The notes under the pieces are model-generated. The model was not told the origin of the DNA. It made no database searches and saw nothing but the letters and a program-made list of their open reading frames with translations. A program made the position numbers and the translations under genes. From the NCBI GenBank assembly GCA_050273025.1, contig CP158636.1, positions 3,720,001 through 3,784,000 on the forward strand: 64,000 nucleotides of DNA, read 5' to 3'. The DNA comes from Cenococcum geophilum (lineage: Eukaryota). Positions 14,831 to 25,074 of this stretch are shown here, piece by piece. Each line of letters begins with the position of its first letter. Position 1 is the stretch's first letter.

Positions 14831-16266
14831 ATATCCTTTATTAAGATTTCTTCTATATATGCTATAAAGTAGCCCTATTTAGTTAACTTATCTACTATTA
14901 CTAAGATCACGTTATGTTCTTATCCGGTAATAGGATTTCTTAACTTTAATAACTTAATAATAAAGTTATATAATATAACCTCCTATAGTCTTTCTAGTAT
15001 TTTAATAGGTTATAGCCCTCTATATAGCTTATACCTTATTAGTTTATTCCTTTAGCAGTCTAGATACTCTTTTATTACTTTTCTTATAATATTTCAAATT
15101 CCGTTAATAATATATTCTTCTTAAAGTCTTAATACTAGGCCTATTGCTCTATTATATCCTTAAGTTATTCCCTTATAAAAATCTTCTATAAAATGCTCTG
15201 CTATACTCTTTAGGATATACTTCACTTCCCGATTTTTAGATATATCCATCTATAGATCTTCTAGCTATACTTTTAGAATTCTTTATACCTAAAAGCTTTC
15301 TAGTGTTTTATAGACTCTTCCTAGTTTATTATCCTCCTAAGTTGCTACTAGCTTAGGGTGGTTATATCTAATCTATCTATCCTTATCTTTACGTAGTATT
15401 GCTCCTAATAGCTTCTTATTATTTTATAGTTTAGCTTTTCTACTAAGTATATCTACTCTTATATTCTTAGTTCCCTTAGTATACTAAATCTTAAAGTAGT
15501 ATTCTATAAGCATTTCTACGTATCTAACTTATTTATAATTAAGTTCTTTTATTATTAGGAACCCTATTAGGTTCTTATAATCTATCTTAACTATAAATAG
15601 TTTTTCTGCGCCTTATAAGAATGCTCTCTATTTCTTTAGTGCTATAACTATACTTAATAACTCCTTATTATAGACGTTATAGTTTAATTCTAGTAGTATT
15701 ATCTTCTAACTATAATATAATACTAGATACTATACGTCCTTATACTTCTATAGTAAATATATTCCTAACGCGTAGTTTAATACGTCTATTTCTATAACCG
15801 TGTTTAGTTCTAGCTAGTAGATTTTAAGGATTAGTTCTTAGGTAAATAACTCCTTAAGCTCTTTAAACAACTTCCTTTATTTGTCTCCCTATGCCTATAG
15901 TTCCTCTTTCTTTATAAGCCTAGTAAATAGTTTAATATTCTTTAACCATTGTGCTATAAATCTTCTATAGTAGTTACAAAACCCTAAAAATAACCTTAAC
16001 CGTATTATATTCTCTAGTTCCCGCCAACTTACTATAGCTTTAATTTTCTTTAGGTCTATGCTAATATAACCTAGTTTAATAATAAATCTAATAAAATCGG
16101 TCTTCCTTATAAAGAACTCGTATTTCTTAATTACTACTAGCATCTATTCTTCCTATAGTCTCTTTAAGACCTATTTAATATATTCTCCGTATTCTTCCTC
16201 TATTATTAAGTAGATAATAATATTATTAAGGTATACTATAATAAACTTATTAAGGTGTTCTCTTAA

Positions 16267-16800
16267 TATTAGTTACATAAGGTGATATCACGTAGCTACG
16301 GTTCGTAGATAGTATAATGATTGTTATTCTTAATTAATTAATTCTAAGAAAGGGTGAGGAGGGGCGAGGAGCTTAAGGCTCCTCGCTACGCTAGTGCCGC
16401 GGCAACACGTAATTATATAACCACATGTAATACAATCCCGACACTAGCAACTCTTCTTTTATAGTTACCATCTATATATAAAATACCGCTTAACTAGCGT
16501 AATAAGTATTAATCCTCCTTACTTACTATTGCCATTATAATATAAGTCTCGCTATCCTAAAATTTGCCTCCTGTGGCGGCTTGTATAAATACCTTCAAAC
16601 CAAAGCTTATAGATTGCCATTTAGTGAAAATACTAAACTAAGGAGAAGAAGAGAAAGGAGAAAGAATCGTTTGGAAGTAGTAGGTAAATATCTTACGAAT
16701 GCCGCTAAGGCGCTAGTGGTAAGCGAGCCAATAGCGATTTTCTATCCCGGGGATAGAAAATCCTAATTAGCTAATTGGAATCAGGGTTTATAGAACGTCG
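16267..16800 (-). mobile_element. 3' LTR and 3' UTR fragment of Copia C (related to B), truncated where the Crypton begins
   Basis: LTR-like 16267-16443 ending CCCGACA shares the acgctagtgccgc core with the B LTR; followed by ctagcaactcttcttttatagtt, matching the tract adjacent to the B LTR at 9030. Confidence 0.75.
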
Positions 16801-17251
16801 TAGGTATCGGAGGTCCGGGTTAGGCTTGGCATAACCTCGGGTTACGCACAACCCCCTAAGGTCCGCGACATATCGTCCAAATATCACCCCCCCCCTTTAG
16901 TAGTGGCCCCTACTTTTTAGACGCGTTTTTAAGGCCTAGGTTAGTACTAGGTTAGTACTAGGTTAGTATAAAGGGCCTTAGCGCGCCTTTAACCTCACCG
17001 TCGCCTTAATAATTTATTTTTCAACCCTTTCCTATCCTTATGCCCACGCTAGCTTACGCGGGGCTTCTAATTTTATATAGAAAGGCCTACCGTAATTATA
17101 ATTGTATAATATAGAGCCCTCTTCTCCTTCTTCTCCTTTAATATTTACGCGTTTGGTGGCTTTATTTACCCATACCATACTTACGCGTTTCCCCTTTACC
17201 TCTTACAGATATAGAGTCTTTTAAGAATCTCCTTACCCTATAGTCTACTTT

Positions 17252-19840
17252 ATGGTCAACGGAAGCCCCCCTAGCCTCCTCCCCCTATAGCCTCTAAAGT
17301 AAATTTAAGGCCTAGATAACACGGCTATATAATATTTATAAGGCCTAGCGCTTAAAGAATACTATAAGGGCGTATAAGCTAAAGTAAAAAGAGTAGGAAG
17401 ACTAGTGCGTAAAACTAAAAGGTAATATAAATGGCGCCTAGGTAACAGAAGATAAGCTTTACCTATTTTTAGAGTAGTAAGTTATTAACTAAGAATTATG
17501 GGCTGCTGGCTATTAAAAACAGAAGTTAAAACGGAAAGAGATGTGGAAAGATAGTAAGTGGGTAAAGAAGAGGTAAAAGACAGTTAAGCGGGTAGAGCAG
17601 CTAGGGGGGAAGGCAGCCGTAGGGGTAGCTATAGGGGCAGCCGTAGGTATAGGGGAGGAAGCTATAAAGGAGGAAGGGGAGATATAGGACGAGGAGGCCT
17701 TAGACGCCCTATTTAACGAAATAGTCTAATACTTAGTTATAAATAGCTATATCTCCGCTATTACCGAGCTTTATATATAGCAATTAGAAGGTAAAACCTT
17801 GCAGCCGCTATAGGGGGCAAAGCTCTTAGTAGTACTAGATAGTGTCTACCGCGATAAGGACCGGATTTAACGCGTTAACTTTATTAATTAAGGCCTATTT
17901 ATAATTACTAGCGGCTATAACGTTAAAGGGCTTAAAAAGGCGATTACTTGGTGCTAGGAGACGGGCTCTAAGATACTAGGTTTAGTTAAGTCTTACCTTT
18001 AAACTATAGCTAAGTATTTATTAGGTTCGTATATACCCTATTTAGTCTATATAGCTGCCGTTTTCTAACCCGTTCCTTAGGCCATACTACTATTACCTAT
18101 AGTAAAAGTAGATAAGATGTTTAGCTTGCTAACTTTATCCTTATTAAACTAGAGAATAAAGGGCCTAAACTAGACGAGTTAGCACTATATATAATTATAT
18201 TAATGATATAAGGGAAGCAGAATTAGTATGGCAAGGTTAAGTATATAGGCTATATGCGGAACGCTAACCCTATTCTCTACCCTCTCTTTATAGTAGCCTT
18301 CTACTTCTTTAACCACTAGGGTAAAGACGGCGCTAAGAGCTTTCCATCCTTTCGGCAGCTGGAGGACTACTATAACCTATACGTCTTCCCTAGCAGTATT
18401 AAAGTACTATAACAGCCGCTAAGCTATTATACGCAGTTTAAATAGAATAAAAAGATATTCTAGGGGGTAGGAATTTACTTAAAGGAGAAAACCTATAGCG
18501 CCTATAAGTAGAGCGTCTAATATACTAAGCTTAGCGGCATTAAGGAGACCTAAATTAGATGGGCTGGATGCTAGAATATAGACGCGATAATAGGAGCCTA
18601 CCTTAGCTACCTACCCCATACGTTTATGTGGTCGATCGCCAGCTTCCTAAAGAAAGAAAAGGGCTACTTTCTCCCCTACGCATAGGAGGTGCTAAAGGAG
18701 GCCCTTTATTTAAAGATATGGCCTAAGACTAATATCTAGCTAAAACGCATAGAGGCCTACTACCTAGGTAGGGCCGATAATAAGGTTATACAGCTTAACC
18801 TTACGGGCTTAGGATTTCTACGCCTCCTCTATATGCTTAGGGTAATCCTATTATAGGACTTAGTAATTCTACGCAAGCAGTTCCCGCTCTACCCCCTATA
18901 AAAGGACCCCCTTTTTGGCTGCGAGGAATACTAGAGGTTTACTACGCGGGTAAAAAGCTCGCTGGCTAATATAGTTACGCTAGATAAGCTAATAATGCGG
19001 AAATACTGGCCCGCCTATAAGGCTGTAGCTAAGCTAAGATTAAGGCCGCGATCTCTAAGGTAAAGGGGGTTTAATTATATATATAGATGATCTTAGAACG
19101 CCTTAGCGAAATGGAAAGGTTATTAGCATTATTTACACCTATATAGATCTAGCAAGGGAAGACGGGTATCTAAATAGGGCCTATAGAGTCTATATATCTA
19201 CCTTTACAAGCCCGCGCCGTTTACTATAACGTCTACTATATCCGCGCCGCCTACTCGGCCGTTTATAATATCCGTACTGCCTACTTAGCCGCCGTCTATA
19301 ATATCCGCACCGTCCGCTCAGCTATCTATAATATTTATACCGTCCGCTTAGCCGTCTATAATATCTATACTATCCGCTTAGCTGTCTATAATATCCGCAC
19401 TATCTACTCAGCCGTCTATAATATCTGCACCGCCTATTTAGCTATCTACTATATCCGTATCGCCCCTACTAGCGTAGGCACAAGCTAATACTTAACTATC
19501 TCTTCTATTTATCCTTAACCTATAGGCGCTGCTAAGGAAATATAAAATGCTTTAAGGCAGTAATTTGGTCTTCCAGCTCTAAACTAAGTAGACTTTAGGG
19601 CTAGCGGGTAGGCCGTTAATTAAAGCTCTTAATTACTGCTAGGGGGCATATTGGCGGGTTAATAGCGAGGCTATATTCTATAGCCGTTGCCATAGAATTA
19701 TTAAGGATATAAGACGGCGCGTAGAAGACGGTATGGCAAGAGATAAGAGATAGGCTATTAATTAGCTAGAACAGCTACGAGGCCGGCATTCTTTAGATTA
19801 GCTTTATAAGAATATTTAGGGCAGGGGAGGCTCCCTCTTA
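17252..19840 (+). pseudogene. Crypton tyrosine recombinase (Ndc10/CBF3 domain II-like) with a probable C-terminal GCR1_C-like domain
   Basis: With RIP reverted: KEWEDWC (~17390), VTEDKL.LFL (~17445), SYISAITELY (~17745), GKQNQHGKVEYMGCMRNADPILCPL (~18212-18290), KTHSARK...IRRAGRWNTDAMTGAYL (~18488-18605). Probable intron ~18024-18080. The start codon is uncertain. Confidence 0.85.
19230..19470 (+). repeat. 30-bp tandem repeat (~8 units) inside the Crypton coding region
   Basis: Unit gccgtctataatatccgcaccgtccgctta in register at 19291, 19321, 19351, 19381, 19411 and 19441. Confidence 0.9.
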
Positions 19841-19862
19841 AGTAGTAAATAATACCTATTTT

Positions 19863-20135
19863 ACTATAGTAACCGAGACGCCTTAATATAGAACTATATT
19901 AGTAACCGAAACGTCTTAATATAGGACTATATTGTAGTAACTAAGACGCCTTAATATATAACTGTACTGCAGTAACTAAGACGCCTTAATGTAGAACTGC
20001 ACTATAGTAACTAAAACGCCTTAATATATAACTATACTGCATTAACTAAGACGCCTTAATATAGGACTATACTATAGTAACTAAGACGTCTTAATATAGG
20101 ACTGCACTATAGTAACTAAGATGCCTTAATGTAGG
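19863..20135 (+). repeat. ~35-bp tandem repeat (~8 units) in the Crypton 3' region
   Basis: Unit actatagtaactaagacgccttaatataggactgc; copies differ mostly by transitions. Confidence 0.9.
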
Positions 20136-21069
20136 AATAGAGCCCGTTTAGGTGTTGTAAATTTAGAGTAATATTACACAACCGTCTAGAAGTACTAATC
20201 TAACACAAATTATATACCTTTTCGCCCAAAATCGCGTGCAAAAGTACTTAGGGGCGGTTGCTGCGCGACCTCGTACGGGGTTTGGGCGCGTTATTAGTAG
20301 GGGTAGCCCTAACCTCGTATTAACCCGGGTCGTAACCGCGCCAAATTAGCCCCCCCGATATGTGATAGGTATCCTGATACCGGGTATTCTAATACCGGGT
20401 ATCGGGGGTATCGACCGCAAGACTGCAAAAGTAATCCAGTAATATAATTGGTTAAGCACGTGCCACCACTTTAAACACAGATTTGACGGTGCAAGGAATA
20501 CTTAATTCCTTAGTCAACTTTTTGCCTGAGAATCCTTGTTCTATCAAGGCTATAACTTAAATAACAAAACATGATCATGCAATGAGGCTGAAATCAGCCC
20601 CCTCTTGAGAAGTTGCTGAGCCTGTTGCACTGCCCACTTGTGCATGGTGCGCAACGGACACGAGCTTGAGCTTAAGTTTCTCACTTTTAGACCCGATACA
20701 GTGGTTCATGGCTGTGCTTGGCATGAATAATGGCGCTCTTGCATTTCTACCGGTGTCTCTGCAGGTCCACAATATACAGCCCTGGCAGCATATAATCCCC
20801 TCTCTGTCCCGTTAGGCCGCTTCATTATACTTCGTCATTTCGCCTCGAAAGTCCGCTGTGTGTACGTTTCGCCCGAGGTATTAGCAGTCTCTACTTGCCT
20901 GAATTGAGATTTGCCACCATTAACCTAGACGTGCATGGAAACTGAAAATCTGGCAGAATCAGTAAGGAGTTTGAAAAAGTTAACACATTTGAGTCGTTAA
21001 TAAACTACAGATAACAATATTAGGCCGTCGCTTCCCCGAAGGGGTAAACATTTCTCAGCAGATTTATCA

Positions 21070-22098
21070 ATGGCGGACTCAGAGTTATCCTGGGCCAGCG
21101 CATACTGGGCCCTCTTGCCACTTGGAGTAAACACCATGCTGCAACCATCGGGCAAAGTCTGCGGCTTTCATGCCTCGCTGAGCAGCTACCTCCGTAGCTC
21201 CCCGATCGTATGTGTAGCAGACGCTACATTGATCGTCATCTTCCGGTTTCCGTTTTACTGCATGAGGGACGCTCCAGGGGTCGCAGCGAAGAAGGTTCTC
21301 GTGGCTCGAGGCGCCGAGTCTACACCCTCTTGCTGGGGAAGTCTTCAATTCTTAGACAATACACCGATACCCAGGTCAATTGGCTTCTGTCCGGCTGCAC
21401 TTGGTCTCCTTTCGCAATTCATTAAGCTGGCGTCCGTCAAGGGGATTGACTGGACTCTCACTTGGGCATGCTTCTACGTCGTAGACTTTGTAGTCATGGA
21501 AATAATGAAATTCCTCGCCCAATTGGAAGAAGACACCCCGGAGCTTGACAAGGACACACAGAGCGAGAAGTTCCTCTCGATTTGGGAGCGGCTGTGGGGT
21601 AGCGTAGCGATAATCCTACAGCTATATGCTACTACCTACGCCGATTTGAAGAAGATGAAACCGGATCCCATATTATCACGCAGGATTGGATTCCGTTTCT
21701 TTAGACTCGCTGGGCACTTCAATGCCGTTCCCATCTATATCATCGGCAACGAAATCGGGGCGAGCAAGCTCTCAGATAACCAGGCCAGGAAAGTCTTTCT
21801 CTCAACTCTCGCGATCTTCCTCATCCTTACAGGTGTCGAATGGACGAGCCCTCAGTATACCCAACTCTACTTCCTCGCGTCACTGCTCAGCTCTACCGTT
21901 GCTTGGCTTCTTAGGTTCAGCCCGCGATTTAGGGAAACCGTCTTAGGTTGTGAGGAGGAAAGAACAGAGCACTGGCATTGGAATGTGTTTGCTTTTGATT
22001 TGTTCTGCAGAGTTTTTCTATTGGGAACCTATTGGTACGTCCAGCATTATGATGCTACGGGAACGTTCAAACCAGACTGGACGAGTAACTTGGGGTGA
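21070..22098 (+). CDS. Intact intronless 342-aa multi-pass membrane protein of unknown function
   Basis: Only long ORF in the window; balanced GC without RIP bias; ATG context ttatcaATGG; several hydrophobic helices. The N-terminal QPSGKVCG...RSSPIVC and C-terminal YDATGTFKPDW..LG resemble an uncharacterised fungal family (recollection, unverified). Confidence 0.85.
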   Translation: MADSELSWASAYWALLPLGVNTMLQPSGKVCGFHASLSSYLRSSPIVCVADATLIVIFRFPFYCMRDAPGVAAKKVLVARGAESTPSCWGSLQFLDNTPIPRSIGFCPAALGLLSQFIKLASVKGIDWTLTWACFYVVDFVVMEIMKFLAQLEEDTPELDKDTQSEKFLSIWERLWGSVAIILQLYATTYADLKKMKPDPILSRRIGFRFFRLAGHFNAVPIYIIGNEIGASKLSDNQARKVFLSTLAIFLILTGVEWTSPQYTQLYFLASLLSSTVAWLLRFSPRFRETVLGCEEERTEHWHWNVFAFDLFCRVFLLGTYWYVQHYDATGTFKPDWTSNLG

Positions 22099-22411
22099 GC
22101 AGTAGTCATCGCATACTGGAGAAATCAAGTTGTACACCCCAGATGTCAGACAACGGCATGGAACGGACAATGGAAGCTATCCCAGCTGGTTGTACGCTGG
22201 CAAAGCTGAGCATCAGGAGCTCGAAACTTCCTAGAATGTAACTCGAATCTATGTGTGCATGATGCAATTTCTGAAAGTATAGACAGTAACTGCGAATAAC
22301 TATCTTAATTACATTTGCTATGTAAGCCCAGGACACCTACAGTCACGCGGTATACCACTGACTAATCAGTCCCCTCCTACAGGTATATTAACCTCGCTTC
22401 ATACACACATA

Positions 22412-22758
22412 CAGTCAAAACTCTTTATAACGATGCGGGTCGTACGGCCGACCGTATCGTAATATCAATGGTATTGTTATACATAAAGTCACGTGTTAGA
22501 TTAATAAGCAGGAAAAAGGAGGCCGATACGTGGCCGGGTATTCTAAAAGGGTGTAGGGCATCTACCTCACGGGCCAAGTAGGGTCCCTCCCATGCAAAAT
22601 CTCTACTGGTTATAACGATTTTGGTAGGGAAAACTTAACGATATTGTGAATAGTCAGTATATTGTAATATTACACCAAAAAAACTTTGATTAGGGGGTGT
22701 AGATTGTAATATAGAGTATATCGTTGTAATCAAATATCGTACTAAAGAGTTTTGACTG
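22412..22758. mobile_element. MITE (347 bp) with pogo/Tigger-like TIRs
   Basis: TIRs CAGTCAAAACTCTTTATAACGAT / ATCGTACTAAAGAGTTTTGACTG; TA on both sides; right TIR nearly identical to that of the pogo element ending at 44244. Confidence 0.9.
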
Positions 22759-23380
22759 TACACGTAAGAATATACATCATTTCTATCATTACCACCCCTG
22801 CTTATATGCTATCTTGTAAGAATAAGCGCGCGTAAGGTGAATAACTCGAACAAGCAACAAGCTAGGTGGGTCGGCCCGAGCCACGTCAGTGGCTCACAAT
22901 GCTCAAAGCCGGCCTGACTAAATTACGGCTATGCTGTTTTCGACCTGCGTTGAACAGTCAGCAAGTGGGGCTCTCGTTTGTTAACTCCGCTTGATGCGGC
23001 ATTAAATCACTACCGAAGCGCAACGAGCTCGAATATTCAATCGTTTTGCTCGGTATACAAACTTCGTCTATTTATGTGTATGTCAATTAGGTTTTAAACG
23101 GGATACACAAGCTTACTAGTAAATCCGAGGCTGTCCGGAACGATACGATTATGTATGCCTTTGATAAATTATGGTATTATAGGCTAAGTCGGAGTTTTCC
23201 ACAGAAGACATTAAGTATGGATAAAGCTTAGGTTTTAAAGCTTTGATTCCGAGATTATCTGCGCCTCTCGATAGTTGTTAACTTCGTTATGAGGAATAGT
23301 ACTGGTGGCTTCTCGCCACGTAGGGTTTCTCGGCATGTAGGGAGGGACGTTATACTCTTTCATTCCCACTTTATATGCTT

Positions 23381-23400
23381 GCTCGCTCGCTCGCTCGCTC
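23381..23400. repeat. (GCTC)5 microsatellite
   Basis: Seen directly. Confidence 0.8.
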
Positions 23401-24238
23401 TTACAACCTTCCAGATGTCTCTTGTTCTCATAGCGAATTTTATATGCTTAAATTTTTCAACTATCTAAATTACTGGCTTAGATTGGGGATTTAACTTGAC
23501 GAAAGACCTCGTAACCTCCCAGAGGCGCTTGGGTTTTTAACTCCTCTAACAGGAGCCCGATTGAATTAAGCCCTTAGATATACTTTATTACGCTATCCTA
23601 AGCCTCCCGTTAAAGTTGCTGGTTGGTATTCCTAAGCTAACTTACTTCTTCCTCTGCCTGCTGCCTGAGCTCTATCTCTTAATTTACTTAACTCTTAAGC
23701 TAACCTAGCATTTTCCGTTTATAGCTTATTAATTTTTGCACTAAAGCTAACCTCTAGGTAGTTTAGCGTCTATAAGAAGTTAGGAAACCTAATAATTTAA
23801 GATATCTTGCACACATTTACCGATATTATAACGCCTTACGCTTTTGTAGAGTTTATCTTTATAGTAGCTGTAACCTATATAGCCTTAAACGTTATACTAA
23901 CTCCTTTATATAATTCCTTATAAGCACTAATAGAATAATCGCTTATATTTTTTAAAAAAATTCTTAAGAATAGTTCCTCCTTTTCTAGTAGTACTTTCTA
24001 AATATAAGGATCGTCTAGGCCAGGAATAAGACGGACTTATAACAGCTCTATTATAATTCCTAACTTACTCCCTATAGAAGCGTTAGTTATAATTAAATAG
24101 AGCTTACTTAGTTTTACCTATATATTTTAATAATTGCTTCTAGTACTTATTCCTCCGCTTTCTACATTTAATATTACTTAATTATATTAGAGCCATTTTA
24201 GTTTATACCTCTATAGTCCGCGAAAAAATAAATAAAAG

Positions 24239-24240
24239 AT

Positions 24241-24274
<34 letters not shown>
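24239..24274. repeat. (TTTA)n tract
   Basis: Seen directly; could be a retrotransposon tail, but no element body was recognised. Confidence 0.7.
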
Positions 24275-24276
<2 letters not shown>

Positions 24277-24783
24277 ACCAAGTAATATAAGGCTGCTTAG
24301 CTTAGTATAAAAACGATATAGGTTTTAATAGAATATAATTTAGGGCCCTAGAACTAGTCCTAGGATACCTATTTTAAGTAGGGTCCCTTTTTTAGGAACC
24401 TTCTATTTATAGTATAACTAAGATATATTATAGAAAAGATAATGGCGCAACATTTTTAAGAGGCAAGTGGTAGCAATACTAAAATTAGCGTAGGTCTATG
24501 TTACTGCATTAATTCTTATTACTTAGAATTTAAGAACTTTAGTCTATATAGTGGGGATATAGTTAGGGGCGTAAATCTCTATTGGTAAACTATAACTATA
24601 ACTATTAAAGACATTCTTAAAGTATCCTTAACAAAGTTAAAAGTTAAGGGAAAAGGGGGGAAAATTATAATAGAAAATAGTGCCTAATATATTTATTTAA
24701 TTATGGAGTTATAGGCTCAACCTCAAACCTAGTAGGGAGTAAGAGTAGTAATTAAACGATAATCTCTTTAACCCCGGCCATAG

Positions 24784-25069
24784 TTATTCTAAAACGCTAA
24801 GGCGCTTTTGGGCTTTAAAGGCCTTAATTAGATTATTATATATATCTATCTTATCTTCCTAAGTGTTTTCGCTATTAGGATACCCTTTCTACTTAACTAA
24901 ATACTAGACTTTTCTATATCTACTAATTTGGCGGACGCGCTTTTTAACTAGCCGTTTAATAGTAAACTAGTTATCCTCTACGTTTATAGGGGTAAGTAGG
25001 CTAATATCTCGAATAGCTTATATAGAGGTTAATTCTCTAATATTACCCTTAGTGTATTTGGCTGGTAAT
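24784..25069 (-). pseudogene. Chromodomain-coding segment, probable C-terminus of the DUF3435 recombinase
   Basis: Literal translation EDN*FTIKRLVKKRVRQISRYRKV*YLVK*KGYPNSENT*EDKIDIYNNLIKAFK; the stops are TAG from TGG/CAG. It lies outside the Gypsy LTR and TSD. Confidence 0.85.
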
Positions 25070-25074
25070 AATAG

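Larger units (their letters stand above)
6599..16266 (-). mobile_element. RIP-degraded Ty3/Gypsy chromovirus copy 1, 5'-truncated within RT, carrying nested insertions
   Basis: 3' LTR at 6599-7018 is similar to the LTRs at 25075-25495 and 32695-33115; internal segments 7019-8162, 8342-8825 and 14836-16266 are colinear with 25496-28580 (chromodomain, integrase, RNase H, RT with FLGFCNYYRRFI in ORF 15895-16143). Confidence 0.9.
16801..20373 (+). mobile_element. RIP-degraded Crypton tyrosine-recombinase DNA transposon; boundaries approximate
   Basis: Contains a Crypton/Ndc10-like pseudogene; TAGGTATC direct repeat at 16801-16808 and 20366-20373; RIP signature stops at ~20.3 kb. Confidence 0.8.

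Noticed and set aside
307..16766. Short ORFs in the track (307-522, 10042-10251, 12510-12788, 13893-14075, 16581-16766)
   Set aside because: Antisense or off-frame stop-free stretches within RIPed retroelements; 15895-16143 is only an RT fragment.
19863..20135. CRISPR-like appearance of the ~35-bp repeats
   Set aside because: Head-to-tail units with no unique spacers, a eukaryotic context and no cas genes.
21085..22336. ORFs overlapping or next to the 342-aa gene (21085-21348, 21210-21425, 21686-21946, 22106-22336), and 20575-20772
   Set aside because: Short shadow frames with no recognisable motif.
24784..25069. Chromodomain as part of the adjacent Gypsy integrase
   Set aside because: It lies outside the LTR and the AATAG TSD, and the Gypsy has its own chromodomain at ~26280-26400.
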